In this document: piece after piece, positions 25,059-36,853 of the stretch
Layout of the letters: every line of letters begins with the position of its first letter
Numbering within the stretch: position 1 is the stretch's first letter
Source of the DNA: Lobosporangium transversale
Lineage: Eukaryota
Assembly (NCBI RefSeq): GCF_002105155.1
Contig: NW_019028995.1
Span: 558,001 to 622,000 of the forward strand
Direction of reading: 5' to 3'
Length of the DNA stretch: 64,000 nucleotides
Program-made: the position numbers and the translations under genes
Notes under the pieces: model-generated
Told to the model about the DNA's origin: nothing
Databases searched by the model: none
What the model saw: only the letters and a program-made list of their open reading frames with translations

Positions 25059-26144
25059 ATCCCAGCATTGGTTTTGTTAACCCAGATTCTGCAGACCCAG
25101 AAGCAAAATATCAAAGCAATGCATCCTCATGATATAATTCTGATTCCAACACTCTCAATCGGCGTTGACCTCATGAGTATTGGTGTCGTCCTAGTCTCCA
25201 TCATGGGCCTCTGTGGTATTGCCAAAGGGTGCACTCGACTCATGAATCTTGTAAGTAAAGTCAAGTGCAATTGTCCAAGATAACAACACAGATATCTTTC
25301 TTTCGCTTAACTTTAATGCCCCTGCTTTATTTAGTACTTTGTGTTGGTGTTGTGCTTCATTGCCATTCAAGTTGGCCATGCTACTATCAGCTTTATGTCA
25401 GGGTCTCCTTGGGTCGAGGAAACATTAGAGAATTCATGGGATAAAGCTTACGATATGGATAAGGGTACTATTTGGGATCTTCAAAGAGAGGTAAAAGTGG
25501 AGACAAGAGCATTTTAAAAGATTTGACATGTGTCCACTTTACTGATTACATGGATTGAAAACCTTGTTAGTTTCACTGCCAAGGCTTCCGTACACAGGAG
25601 GATCGTGCAGTCAGGATGATGTTACAAGAATCAGATTCTCACTTGTCGCCATGTCTTGAGATTTTACAGAGACACTTTGGCCACCGGCTTCGAGGCCTTA
25701 GTCTCTATATCCTCTGCATACGTTTAATACAAGTAAAGGGCAGTTGATACATGATGCAAACTTTCAAAAAAAAAAAAAAAAAAAAAAAAAAGCGCTTGAC
25801 TATAGTAATTATAATCTGATACTGATATAGAATTCTATTTTATTTCTTCTTATATCTAGTTCACAGGTGTTTTCTTGTTGTCTATTCTCTTCAAGTATCT
25901 GACTGTCTTGGAGCAAACTGAGGAGAATGAACAAAGCCAACAGACAGACGAGGAGTCGCGGTTCTTTAAGAACGAGAAACAATTTGAGGATGAGGGCTCG
26001 GGAGTTTCCTTGATGGCAGAGGTGAATACGGATGGGGGACTACCACAATACACAGCTGAGGATACCTATGATGGACAGTACGGATACCATGATTTGCCAG
26101 AATATGTCGAGGACGAGTACGAGCCTACTGTCTACATCTTATAG
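25059..26144 (+). CDS. Tetraspanin-like membrane protein; first exon not resolved (possibly near 24444-24755)
   Basis: Spliced exons give TM helices (SIMGLCG; YFVLVLCFIAIQV), a loop W...LQREFHCQGF...PC, then a final TM helix and an acidic tail. Confidence 0.7.
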
Positions 26145-26233
26145 AACTTAAAACCAGTAGGAAAACGTGACTAAATTACGGATATTAAAAATTGCTATGT
26201 ATTAAGCTCAAACACACGTTGCATTTAAACTCC

Positions 26234-28006
26234 ATGAATCCACATCGCACATTCATGCCTTCCAAAACTATGACATCTACTTCAGGCAAAGCGAATCCGC
26301 CCCATTGCTTTTGTCGAAAACCATCAACAGTCATCTATACTGAACTTGAGGGCATTGTTTATGAATGTCACTATACCAACTTGAACCTGTGGCTGGAGCG
26401 CCATGTTTTGGTTTCGTCTCCAGCTGCGCAACAGGATACCACAAGCAACAGCTCAACTACATCTACTGTACAATCTTCTCCAGTATCGGCGCATTCGCCT
26501 GCATCACCAGCTAATACGGCTAGCAGGAATACTTATACGCGATCATTATCTGCAGGAGAACATGATAGGTCTCCTGTTTTTAAAGAGGTGAATGAAATCA
26601 TTAAGGACCTTGCGGCTCATACGAATGAAGAATTGGCGTCCAGCTGGGAAATATTTTTACAAAAGCGTCCAACCAACAGGAGCACAAATGGAAATTATAA
26701 TAATGACAATAACAATACCAATAATACCAATACCACCATCAAAAACCATAACACAAGCAGTACATTCGATCAGCTATTCATAGAGTGGAAACTTCAGAAC
26801 ATTACACTTTCACTACCACCCAAGCACAAGCATCAAAAATTAGTATGTGGTTTTCATATGCATGCCTCTATTTGGGAGGCATTCAAGGACCTTGCCTGGG
26901 ACCCCACACGTGACAATAGGCAGCATTCGCTTTCTTCAGAAAAAAAGGCCTTGGCCTTGCTACAGAGAGACCGGGTATGTGCTCGAAAGCACCACGGGCT
27001 TGTATTTAAGCATCGAGATATGCACGATCAGCTTATAAGGATGGCAGAAGAGACAAAGTGTGATGCACATGCCCAAACGATAGGCCGATGGACTCATTGG
27101 AGAGAGAAAGTATGTTATCGTAGAAGCTCCCCATCAGGAGGAGCACCAGCATGCTTCTGTGGCAGGCCTATGAAATGTTCGCTATCGCATCCTGGAGGAC
27201 ATGATTCAGCGATTTCATATTTTTGTGCATATCGCCTCGAGGATGGTAAGAGAGGCTGCAGTCGAGTGTTGAATGCGGGGAAATGGCTTCGGTGGCAGCC
27301 GCTGGATCCCATTCATACGTTAGCTTCGCATCACAATGCTCAGCCTGGTGATGATATTAAAAAAGAGGTGACTGTCAGTATTGAAGCGGACAAAGAATCC
27401 AACTCTGAAGATGAATTAGATAGGCCACTGCACGATAACGACTCTCTAAATGTTGGGGATCCTATGAAACAGGAGTCAGAGAGCGAGCAGGAGTCCGATG
27501 ATGGTGGAGAGGGATGGGATCAACCAGCTAATCACGAGTCTTTCGCACCGTGTACATTAAAACCCCTTGCATTGCCTGCTGGGTTAATATATGATGGGAC
27601 CGGATGTATAGAAAGGATAAATGCTCCCCGGATGAAGGCCTCATTACCCATTCACACTTTTGATCAGTCGATGGCATTGGATGCTCTAGTGAAGCAACTG
27701 GAAGACCGAAGCGATTCGCTAGTAACAGGTGATACAATTACCTTGGATGAACTAAAGCAACTGGAATTGCGACTAAAAAGGTGGCAAGACTCATGTGGTC
27801 GCCTTCAAGATTACTCGAGGGGTCTGCACGAGGATGGCCTCGATAATCCTACGTTGACTTGTCGAGTTTGCAAAGAGGGGATTCTTCAACGAGCGGTTGC
27901 TCCTTGTTTCCATCTAGCAATGTGTGATCGATGTATCCGTAACCATACACATTGCGTTGTTTGCCACACGAAAATTGAGAGTACTCCGAGGATATATTGG
28001 GGGTGA
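26234..28006 (+). CDS. C-terminal C3HC4 RING E3 ligase with GRF-like zinc knuckles
   Basis: CRVC...PCFHLAMCDRC...CVVC..IESTPRIYWG. Also PHCFCRKP...YECH...CGFH and PACFCGRP...YFC...GC. Intronless ORF; first ATG at 26234. Confidence 0.8.
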   Translation: MNPHRTFMPSKTMTSTSGKANPPHCFCRKPSTVIYTELEGIVYECHYTNLNLWLERHVLVSSPAAQQDTTSNSSTTSTVQSSPVSAHSPASPANTASRNTYTRSLSAGEHDRSPVFKEVNEIIKDLAAHTNEELASSWEIFLQKRPTNRSTNGNYNNDNNNTNNTNTTIKNHNTSSTFDQLFIEWKLQNITLSLPPKHKHQKLVCGFHMHASIWEAFKDLAWDPTRDNRQHSLSSEKKALALLQRDRVCARKHHGLVFKHRDMHDQLIRMAEETKCDAHAQTIGRWTHWREKVCYRRSSPSGGAPACFCGRPMKCSLSHPGGHDSAISYFCAYRLEDGKRGCSRVLNAGKWLRWQPLDPIHTLASHHNAQPGDDIKKEVTVSIEADKESNSEDELDRPLHDNDSLNVGDPMKQESESEQESDDGGEGWDQPANHESFAPCTLKPLALPAGLIYDGTGCIERINAPRMKASLPIHTFDQSMALDALVKQLEDRSDSLVTGDTITLDELKQLELRLKRWQDSCGRLQDYSRGLHEDGLDNPTLTCRVCKEGILQRAVAPCFHLAMCDRCIRNHTHCVVCHTKIESTPRIYWG

Positions 28007-28750
28007 AATCTGTTGAGTGTGAGCAAGGGCATTGTCATATTCTATAGACAATAACATTAAAGTCAATCTCCAGAGGTAGTCACCGATCACACGAACAAAA
28101 AATTTTGTTTCGAGACTGCAAAGAATATTTGTCTGATGAAATGGGCTCTCGTCCTTTTTCAATACGCTGTCAGTTATCCAATTGCTTGCTGCAATCGGAA
28201 ATTGAGCTCATCTCGCATCTCATTGCCACATGTTGTCTATTAGTTTAAAAAAGATCCTTGTATCCAATGCGAGCACAGAGGATGATCTTGCTCGATACAC
28301 ATGAATCGGCCAATGAGAGGGATCAAATAGAGGGAAGAAGAGTAAACGAAAAAAGAGAGAGAGAATAAGAGAGAGAATAAGAGAGAGAAAGAAACGAGGC
28401 TCAGCCACAGATTAAAGACTAATGGTTTACCAATATGATGTAAGTTGGGCTGATAAACAAGATGAAGTCTGCTACGATCTGTTGAGCTCAATTATGAAGA
28501 TCATGAGTATTGGTGGGGAGGGTGCATATCTGGATATGAATGATCAATGGTTTAATGTTGTGAGTAGACGTGCTAATCTTTTCCAGCAACGTGTGCATGG
28601 ACGACATTTTTCAGTTGTGTGGAGTGTGAATGAGCCGAGTACAAGAAAAGAGGGGGGAAGTTTGCGACTGTGCGTCCACTTTCTTTTCCTTGACACACGC
28701 ACCCTCTGCTACAACCTTTTTTTTGTCATTTGTTCTTCTCCCTCTTCCTG

Positions 28751-28932
28751 TCCTTATCCTTATCCATCCTCATCCTCATCCTCATTCTCATCCTTATCCT
28801 CATCCTCATCCTCATCCTCATCCTCATCCTCATCTTCATCCTCATCCTCATCCTTATCCTCATCCTTATCCTCATCTTCATCCTTATCTTCATCCTTATC
28901 TTCATCCTTATCCTCATCCTTATCCTCATCCT
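28751..28932. repeat. Hexamer tandem repeat (TCCTCA/TCCTTA/TCTTCA)n upstream of TUP1
   Basis: About 30 degenerate units read directly. It produces the spurious poly-S, HP, IL and MR ORFs. Confidence 0.95.
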
Positions 28933-29730
28933 TTTCTCACCATCTTCCTCGTCCTAAATTAAAAGTACGATTGCTTACTTTTCTATTTTATTTTCTCACA
29001 CATTCACTCACACGCACCCCTCCTTTTCATTCCATTGTTTACTCTTACAGCGATTGCTCGATCTGCTCCTATATTCCCTATATTCGTCATTTGGATTATT
29101 TTGTTTCTGCCTTATTCTTTTTTTTTTTATATTTTTTTATTAGATATTCATCTTGTTTATTAGAGCAATTTTTACATTTTATTAACACATTTCCTTCATA
29201 TTTCAACAATATTGACTTTCCAACAGGATACATTTCAGCATAGTTTTCTCAAGGTGAGTCTCCAACACAGTACCATTATCTTTCATTGTAGACTCAGATC
29301 TATCTACGTAGACTTCTTGTCTCGGCGCAAATATCAATACGTCCAAGCTTTTCTTTTTTTGTGAGTGTGTGTGCGCGAGTGTGTGCGTCTATTTTCTTCC
29401 GTGCGCAAACAAGCAAAAGCATTGTCAAAACAACATAAACGTGTGCTCTCACCCCCTGTCACTTGCCGCTGCTCTTTAAAAATTGATATGAGACGTGTCT
29501 TTTGTCATCCCCACTTGAACCGCTCACAATAACGACAACAACAACAACAAAAAAAAAGTCCGTGCATGCGCCCTTGCGCGTCGTGTTCAAAAAAAAAAAA
29601 AAAAAAAAAAAAAAGAAAAGAAAAATGAAGGGAAAGAATCTGTAGTCGGCATGATGACTCTGTCAGTTGGCAACTAACACGTTTCAACTGTAAGACTTGA
29701 ATTAGATTGGTTCCAAAAAGAGTGTCAACA

Positions 29731-29881
29731 ATGTCTGGAATATACAACCATCGTCCTATGGTTCCTGGACGTAGCACCGGGGTGCCAGAGTGGCTTGATA
29801 TGATCAAGCAGGAGTTTGAGAATCTCAACCATGAAGTCATAGTTGCCAAGGTACAAAGGGATGACTATGAGCAGAAGAGTA

Positions 29882-29919
<38 letters not shown>

Positions 29920-32736
29920 GCTAGCTTTAATCGTTGTAATCAAATGATAGAAAAGCAGAGACATTTTAATCAACCTGCATTCTTGCTGTCGATCTTGCTA
30001 GTTAACAGTCAAATCCAGGAGATGGATGCCTTTCGACGAACGCTTTATGAGCTAGAAAGAAAACATGAAGCGATGAAAGCTCAATATCACATGTGAGAAC
30101 ACCGTCTACAAGAATAGAATAATGCATGCTGATTGTGGCATGTTAATGCCAACTGATTTCCCATTGTCTTGACAAATTTTTTTCTTGTTGCTAGGTGGGA
30201 AGAAGAAGTTGTTAGATTACGACGTGAGGTCGAGCAACGTGGTGGCACTGTTCAGCCCCCACATCCCCATCCGCATAATCAACCACCACCACCTACTATT
30301 GGGCAAGGCCAATCGAATCTTTTCGGGGGAATCATTAATGGTGGTCCTGGCGGTCCTGGCCTAGTTGCCCCTCCTCAGATGGCCGAGCCATCGCAACAAC
30401 AGCAACATCCACAGCACCATCCCAGCCAACAACCTCCTTCATCTCAACAGCAACATATGCAACAAGTTCCTCAACAGCAGCAACATCATCAGCAACATAT
30501 CCAGCAACATTCATATGGTGGACCTGGTGGGCCTGGAATGTCACAAGGAGGTCCTGCACCTCATTCTCCTTACATGAATGGGAATAGCGGATTGCCACCA
30601 CAGTCTGGCCAAGCACCATCTAAACGATTTAAAACAGAGAGCGACGGACCACGCTTCAAAACAGAGAGCGATGTTCCTTCGCCTGGTGCCCCTGGTAGCA
30701 TGTATGGCAACATGTCCCCTGGCCCTCATGCAAACCCAAATAGCCAAATCCCCCCTGGGATTGGGTCTTATAATACACCTGCCCCTCTTGGCTCAAAACA
30801 ATCTTCTAAGCCTGGAAAGGTACGTTTATTAATTTTATGAAGGCAATACCGAGTTGTGATCATTGAAGCAGCATCGATACTGACAATGTTCTTGTACCTC
30901 CCTCATCCTTTTAGAGCGGGCCTTATACATCAACCAAAGAGGAGCCACAGTCGTCGCCAGCATCCAACAAGCGTAAGACAGGCGCTTCCTCTACTCCCAC
31001 TACTGTAGCACGAACTGGGAGAGCTTCAGGATCATCGAATTGGAGCGATGATCCTGATAATGTACCGCCACAGTTGAAACGTGAAGGGCCTGATTGGTTT
31101 GCAATGTAAGCTTTTTGATCCGCTATAACCGTCTTTCACTTTGCAGAGTATGCATAGCACGCTTTTTTGTAATCATCTCAAATACCCAATTATTATTTGC
31201 GCCGCTGATGTTTTGTTTGTCAATTATAGTTCGAATCCTAAAGTGCCACAGCTGCTCAAAGTCGATCTTCATCATACGATGGAGCACTCAAGGTTCGTGT
31301 GTTATATCTCGCTTGCATACAATAATGAATGGAGAGCAACTGTAATTCATACATTTCACAGCCTTACCCGGATACCTATATAATTTTATTCTGTTATACT
31401 GTCGTTAGTGTCGTTTGCTGTGTTCGATTCAGTGCGGATGGGAAATACCTTGCTACTGGCTGTAATCGCAGTGCTCAAATCTATGACATTGTCACTGGTC
31501 AGACTGTGTGGTAAGTAAACTGATTTGTAGAAGCATTTCTGAATAGCGATTGGCCATACAAGACATGTGGACTGATGCTCGTTATATACGCTATATAACT
31601 CGATCCTGTTGGTCACAGCATCTTAGCAGACGATACCGTAGGTAACGATGATCTCTATATTCGATCAGTCTGCTTCAGTCCTGATGGCAAATACCTTGCC
31701 ACTGGCGCAGAAGATAAACAGATAAGAGTAAGCCATTTGCTCCTTGGGTTTTTTTTAGGGCCATGAGCGATTGCGTATTTGGGCCAAAACTTTTTTAATA
31801 CTAAATAGTATTTTTGCGCTTCAAAAATGTCTACAGATCTGGGAAATTGGCCGTAAGAAGATCCGCATGGTCTTAAAAGGGCATGAACAAGACATTTATT
31901 CTCTGGATTTCTCTAGAGATGGAAGGATTATCGTATCTGGTTCTGGTGATCAAACTGCTCGTGTTTGGGACATGGATACAGGGAAATGCCTACATATTTT
32001 GACAATGGGCGATGTTGATCTGAAGGATGCAGGAGTGACCTCGGTGGCCATTTCCCCAGATGGTCGCCTTGTCGCCGCTGGCTCTCTGGATAAGATGGTC
32101 CGAGTCTGGGATACACACACTGGACAGTTACTTGATAAATTAGAAGGTCACAAGGACTCTGTCTACAGCGTGGCGTTCGCGCCTGATGGCAAGACCCTTG
32201 TTTCAGGAAGTTTAGACCGTACACTACGTTCGTGGGACCTTAACCTCAGTGGACGAGGCGGCCCCAATGGATCGCGTGGAAGCATATGCAAGGCAACATT
32301 TAATGGACATAAGGTATCTCTTCGTTTTTTTCTCTAGTTTGATGTTCAATTGAAATGTTTTATTCTCTAATTATTATTATTTTGTTATCTTTATTATTGC
32401 GCATCAAAAGGATTTCGTGCTCTCAGTTGCTGTATCGCCTGACGGTAGATGGGTTGTTTCTGGATCCAAGGACCGGGGGGTTCAATTCTGGGATCCCAAC
32501 ACAACAGCTGTTCAGTTTATGCTACAGGGCCACAAGAACTCTGGTAAGATTTTTTTCAAAAAGTTTCACTCGATATTTAAGGTTAGGTAAGGTATTTATT
32601 ATGTAATGCAATTGACCTAATTTTTGAAATACCTGTAGTAATCTCTGTTGCATTAAGTCCAGCAGGAACTTACTTTGCAACAGGATCAGGAGATACCCGT
32701 GCTCGCATATGGAGCTATGAATCTACACAGGATTAG
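29731..32736 (+). CDS. TUP1: General transcriptional corepressor Tup1/RcoA (Tup_N + WD40)
   Basis: N-terminal [10 protein letters not shown] coiled coil; [83 protein letters not shown]. Confidence 0.95.
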
Positions 32737-33484
32737 TCTAACGAGCATGATAGTTCCCATGTCGATGACGAACCATGCTCATAATAATTAATAAATTACA
32801 CCTAGTTTTTTATGACATCAATGACATCGATGAACGAGTGTGGCTTAGCCATTTATTGACTTTACTCTATCTAATTCCCAAGCACTTTTCTTTGTACATT
32901 TGCTAACATTGATTTCGAACTGGAATACTCGAAAAGAAAATTAGCTTTATACATTAACCTTCACGCAATACACACTCATTTATCACGCGAGCAAGTTCAT
33001 CGCGAGGCTAGCAATTATTGGCACGGCAACCCCCCACCCCCGGAAGCTGCAGAGGGATTCCTGCGAGGTAAGTTATAGCTTACCATCCCAACTCGTCTTT
33101 CCTCTAGACAAATGCCAGCATGATTAAGAAGAAAAGATGCGCCACGATTTTCCTGTTAATGATCAGAATTGATGTCGTGCAACAGAGCCCCAATGATTTT
33201 TATTTTATTTCTGCCATTGTCTTGTGTTTTGTGTTTTTATTTTATTTTTTGATATAAAGTGACGATAGAACCGACACCTGCTGCAGACCGAGCTATTCAT
33301 GAATCCATATATTAAACCATCATGCTTTCTTGTTGATCCACTTTTTCGCTAATGATGACCTTCTGTTGGTAGGCCTGCGACTCTTTTCAGTATCAATCTA
33401 ACTAGGCACAGTCCAGTCGCCACCCCTTATAATATCTCTAATTGCCTACAGTGCACGATATACAACGCCAATTCATAGTTAAAT

Positions 33485-36400
33485 ATGGCAGACCATGATA
33501 TGAACGATAGCGATCGCATTTTAGCGAGCATCAACAATGGTAATGGAGCAACAGGCGTATTGGCGACAGTAGTCAACCTTCCAGGGAATGGAGGAGGAAG
33601 ATCTGTCAAGACACAACATTCAGGCATGACGTCAGATGATATTCTAAGTACGCTCACCCAAACAACACAAAACCAGGCTCTTTCACGTCCCCCACCGCCA
33701 TCATCTCAACAACAACAACAACCACAACAGCCACAACCACAGCCATTGCATCACCACCATGTCCATCACCCCATATCTGTACATGACCAAGGGTCATCTC
33801 AACATTTGACAGCCACAGCTGCCAACGGGGTTAGCAATGGGAATGCTGTCGCTGCATCTTCTCGAGGTATAGAGACTAATTCTCTGAATGGAAATACGAG
33901 CGTTCAGGTCCCTACAGGGACTTTTGGACTTAGCCTGGGTCATTTATCAGGTATTTCAGGACCCGCTAGTCAATTACTACAGCATCAACCCCAAACTCAA
34001 CAGCAAACACAGCAACAGCAACAGCATCAATTCTTGATCCTTCAACAACAGCAGCATGAGGAACATCAGCGGCAATTGAAAGAATTGCACGATCAAGAGC
34101 AAGGACATATACAACATCATCAGCAGCAACAGCAAACTGTGATCCAGTCGAACATAGAGGATGCTCCGCTTCAAGATATTATTGTTCCAAATAGAGAGCA
34201 GGAGTTTGATTCATTGGAAGCTGCGCAGCAGGCTGCAGAACGTTATGCGCGGAGCGCCAATACCGTTGTTATTGTGAAACGCACAACCAAAGACAAGAAT
34301 GGTGTCGTCGTACAGGCAAGTTCTAGTTACTGCTCAATTAACGGAACAAGATTCCCTTTTTTCTTATAAACTTCTAACACGAGTCACTTTTATGAATCAC
34401 AGAAAGATTTAGCGTGTGAGAGGCAAGGATCCTATCATGGATCATCAAAAACTCCAGCTGATAATAGCATACGAACGAAGCGATGTGGCTGTCCATGGAT
34501 GATCTCAGTAGGATTCTCCAAAAAGCGTGGAAATCGAGATGGCAAGCGCGGCCGCTTCACAAAAGTACATTTGGAGCATAATCATCCTCTCCAGCCTTTA
34601 CCTGACGATGAACCCACAGGACCATCGAAACTATCCATTAAAGAGTCCAAAATTGTATCATCAGCAGATCAAAAAAGCAGCTTGTCTTCATCCAGTTCGC
34701 GTTCGCAGTCATCACGATCACGCACTGGAGCTAACTCTATAGGTGGACGGTCCAAGTCAACAGCAGGGGCTAATCGATCCAACGCACCAAACAACAAGGG
34801 CTCTTCTTCAAAGGCAGCGGTCGATAGAAACGAAACAGAAGACACTACAACGGTTGCTACTTATGGAATGTCAGGCTTCATTCCCCAAGGTCCACTAATC
34901 GCATCTAATCGAGTTCCAGACATACCAGAAGTATCATTATCAGGACTCGAGCCCTCCCGCAACGCATTAGTGCCCCTCTCAGATGACGTGATCTCTGCAC
35001 TTGGACCTGGTAGCCACGAAGTTCATCAATCTCTGCAAAGCATGGGTAGAAGTGAAATCACTTGGGATGATCTGAAAACGCAGGTGGAGCATATGCCATG
35101 GGGGCTTCGACAGGATATTATGAAGGCGTTCATGGAAGTAATACAAATTACCCAACAGACATTTCAAATTCCGTCCATTGTAAGTGGACGAAACGCTGAT
35201 GCTGAAGCAAGCGCCGCAGCTACTGCAGCAGCCATAGCAGATGTAGTTGGGAATTTACCAGCCAATTACAATCCTAACCCACCAACTCAGCAGCCACAAT
35301 CACAATCACAACCACAGCCACAGCCGCAACCACAACCACAACCACAGCCGCATCCATCTCAGCAGACATTTCCTCGTCATCACAACTTAGCTGCCGCTGG
35401 TGCTGGCTCATCAGCCATGGACGCAGTTGCTCATGGATTGGCGCCAGCGCCTTCGTCGGCCCCTGAAATAATGCACCTGCATAGAACGGAGGCAGGGAAC
35501 ATACACGGGGGCCGGACAGGCGACAATATGCATAAAAGCCACAGTCGGCAGGGCTCAAATGTGAACCCAGTGCAGCTGACTGACTCCTCAGCAAATATGA
35601 TACCCAGCCAGCCTTTAGTAAACCAAGTATCAACTGCTATTCCGACGGTTGTCTCGCCGCATTCAACATCAAGCGCCCATGTTATAGCAGCATCTAGTAA
35701 TTCAACTGCGCCGTCTACACCAACATCATCACATCCTTTGTCTGCCACTGCCTCTCCACTACTTACATCCCAACCAACGCTTCGAAACGCTGGCATCGCA
35801 CACTTGCCTATGTCTGGAGACGTAACCATTCATCACCACCAAAATAGTTTTCTACAGCAGAATAGACAACCAAACCATGCTGCATCTAATCATCATCGGT
35901 CACTAAGTGCGTCAGCTGCCGGTATCGCGGGCTCAGGAGGAAGCCTAGGGGGAGGCAATATTAATAGTGGGAGTGGCCATGGAGTACATACTTTGGATTC
36001 TAATGGAACGCAGATCGTGGTTGGTCATACTCACCCAAATGGTAATAGTGGTAGCAATAACTTGGAGCAAACATTAGCAAATGCAGCACGTGCTCGGGCG
36101 CAAGCCCAGGCCCAGATTCAAGCGCAGGTGGATGCCAGCACAGAGGCAGCAGTGACAGCAGCCCTAAATATGAATACGCTGGCCGGAACAAATACTGTGA
36201 CAGGAACACCTATCCCTGGAGCAAACAGCTCACCTGTGTTTTCAGGACCTGTTTCACATGCAACATCATCACCGATACATTTGAGTCTTTTGAATGAAGA
36301 AGTAAGGATACACGGCCTTGAAATGAACTCTTCATTTTCGCAACAACTTCAGCAATTACATGAGCAGCAGCAGCAACAAAGGTTGCAGTTGTTGCAACAG

Positions 36401-36553
36401 CCACAATCACAGCCACAGCAGCAGCAAGTCCCGATTCAGCTTCAAGGATCAGGCCGAGGACCTCAAGATCTGCTCCGACCTCGAGGTACAGAGGAAGAAA
36501 GTGATGTGAGTGATCTGCCAGGCGAGCCTCCACGGAAACGCATAAAATCCTGA
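33485..36553 (+). CDS. FAR1/WRKY-GCM1-fold DNA-binding protein with Q-rich regions
   Basis: EFDSLEAA...YA...IVKRT...LACERQG...RTKRCGCPWMI...HLEHNHPL is restored by a GC-AG intron at 34316-34402. C-terminal PPRKRIKS resembles an NLS. Confidence 0.82.
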
Positions 36554-36853
36554 GCTTTTTCAAATAGGTTTCTAGTTTATGCCCTCTCTTCATTTTTGCC
36601 TTAGAATAAACCTGTACGATAGATTGATGGGCTGGGCAGTGCTCGGATGGAATGCGCGTGAGAGCGACATCTGACAAAGCAAACTTACAATTAATTATAT
36701 GCATATATTTTCATTCCTCTCCTCTCTTCTCTCTTCTTTCTTTTTAAGACCCCATTATATTCGTCTTTTCCTCTTTTCCTCTTTTCCCCAGCCTACCTGC
36801 GAGGTGTTCCCAAAATCTCCTGTTCGTTCTCATTATTCATTCCCCATCAATAT

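Noticed and set aside
28422..29243. ORFs of 273, 110, 75 and 67 aa (poly-S, HP, IL, MR repeats)
   Set aside because: Artefacts of the stop-free hexamer repeat.
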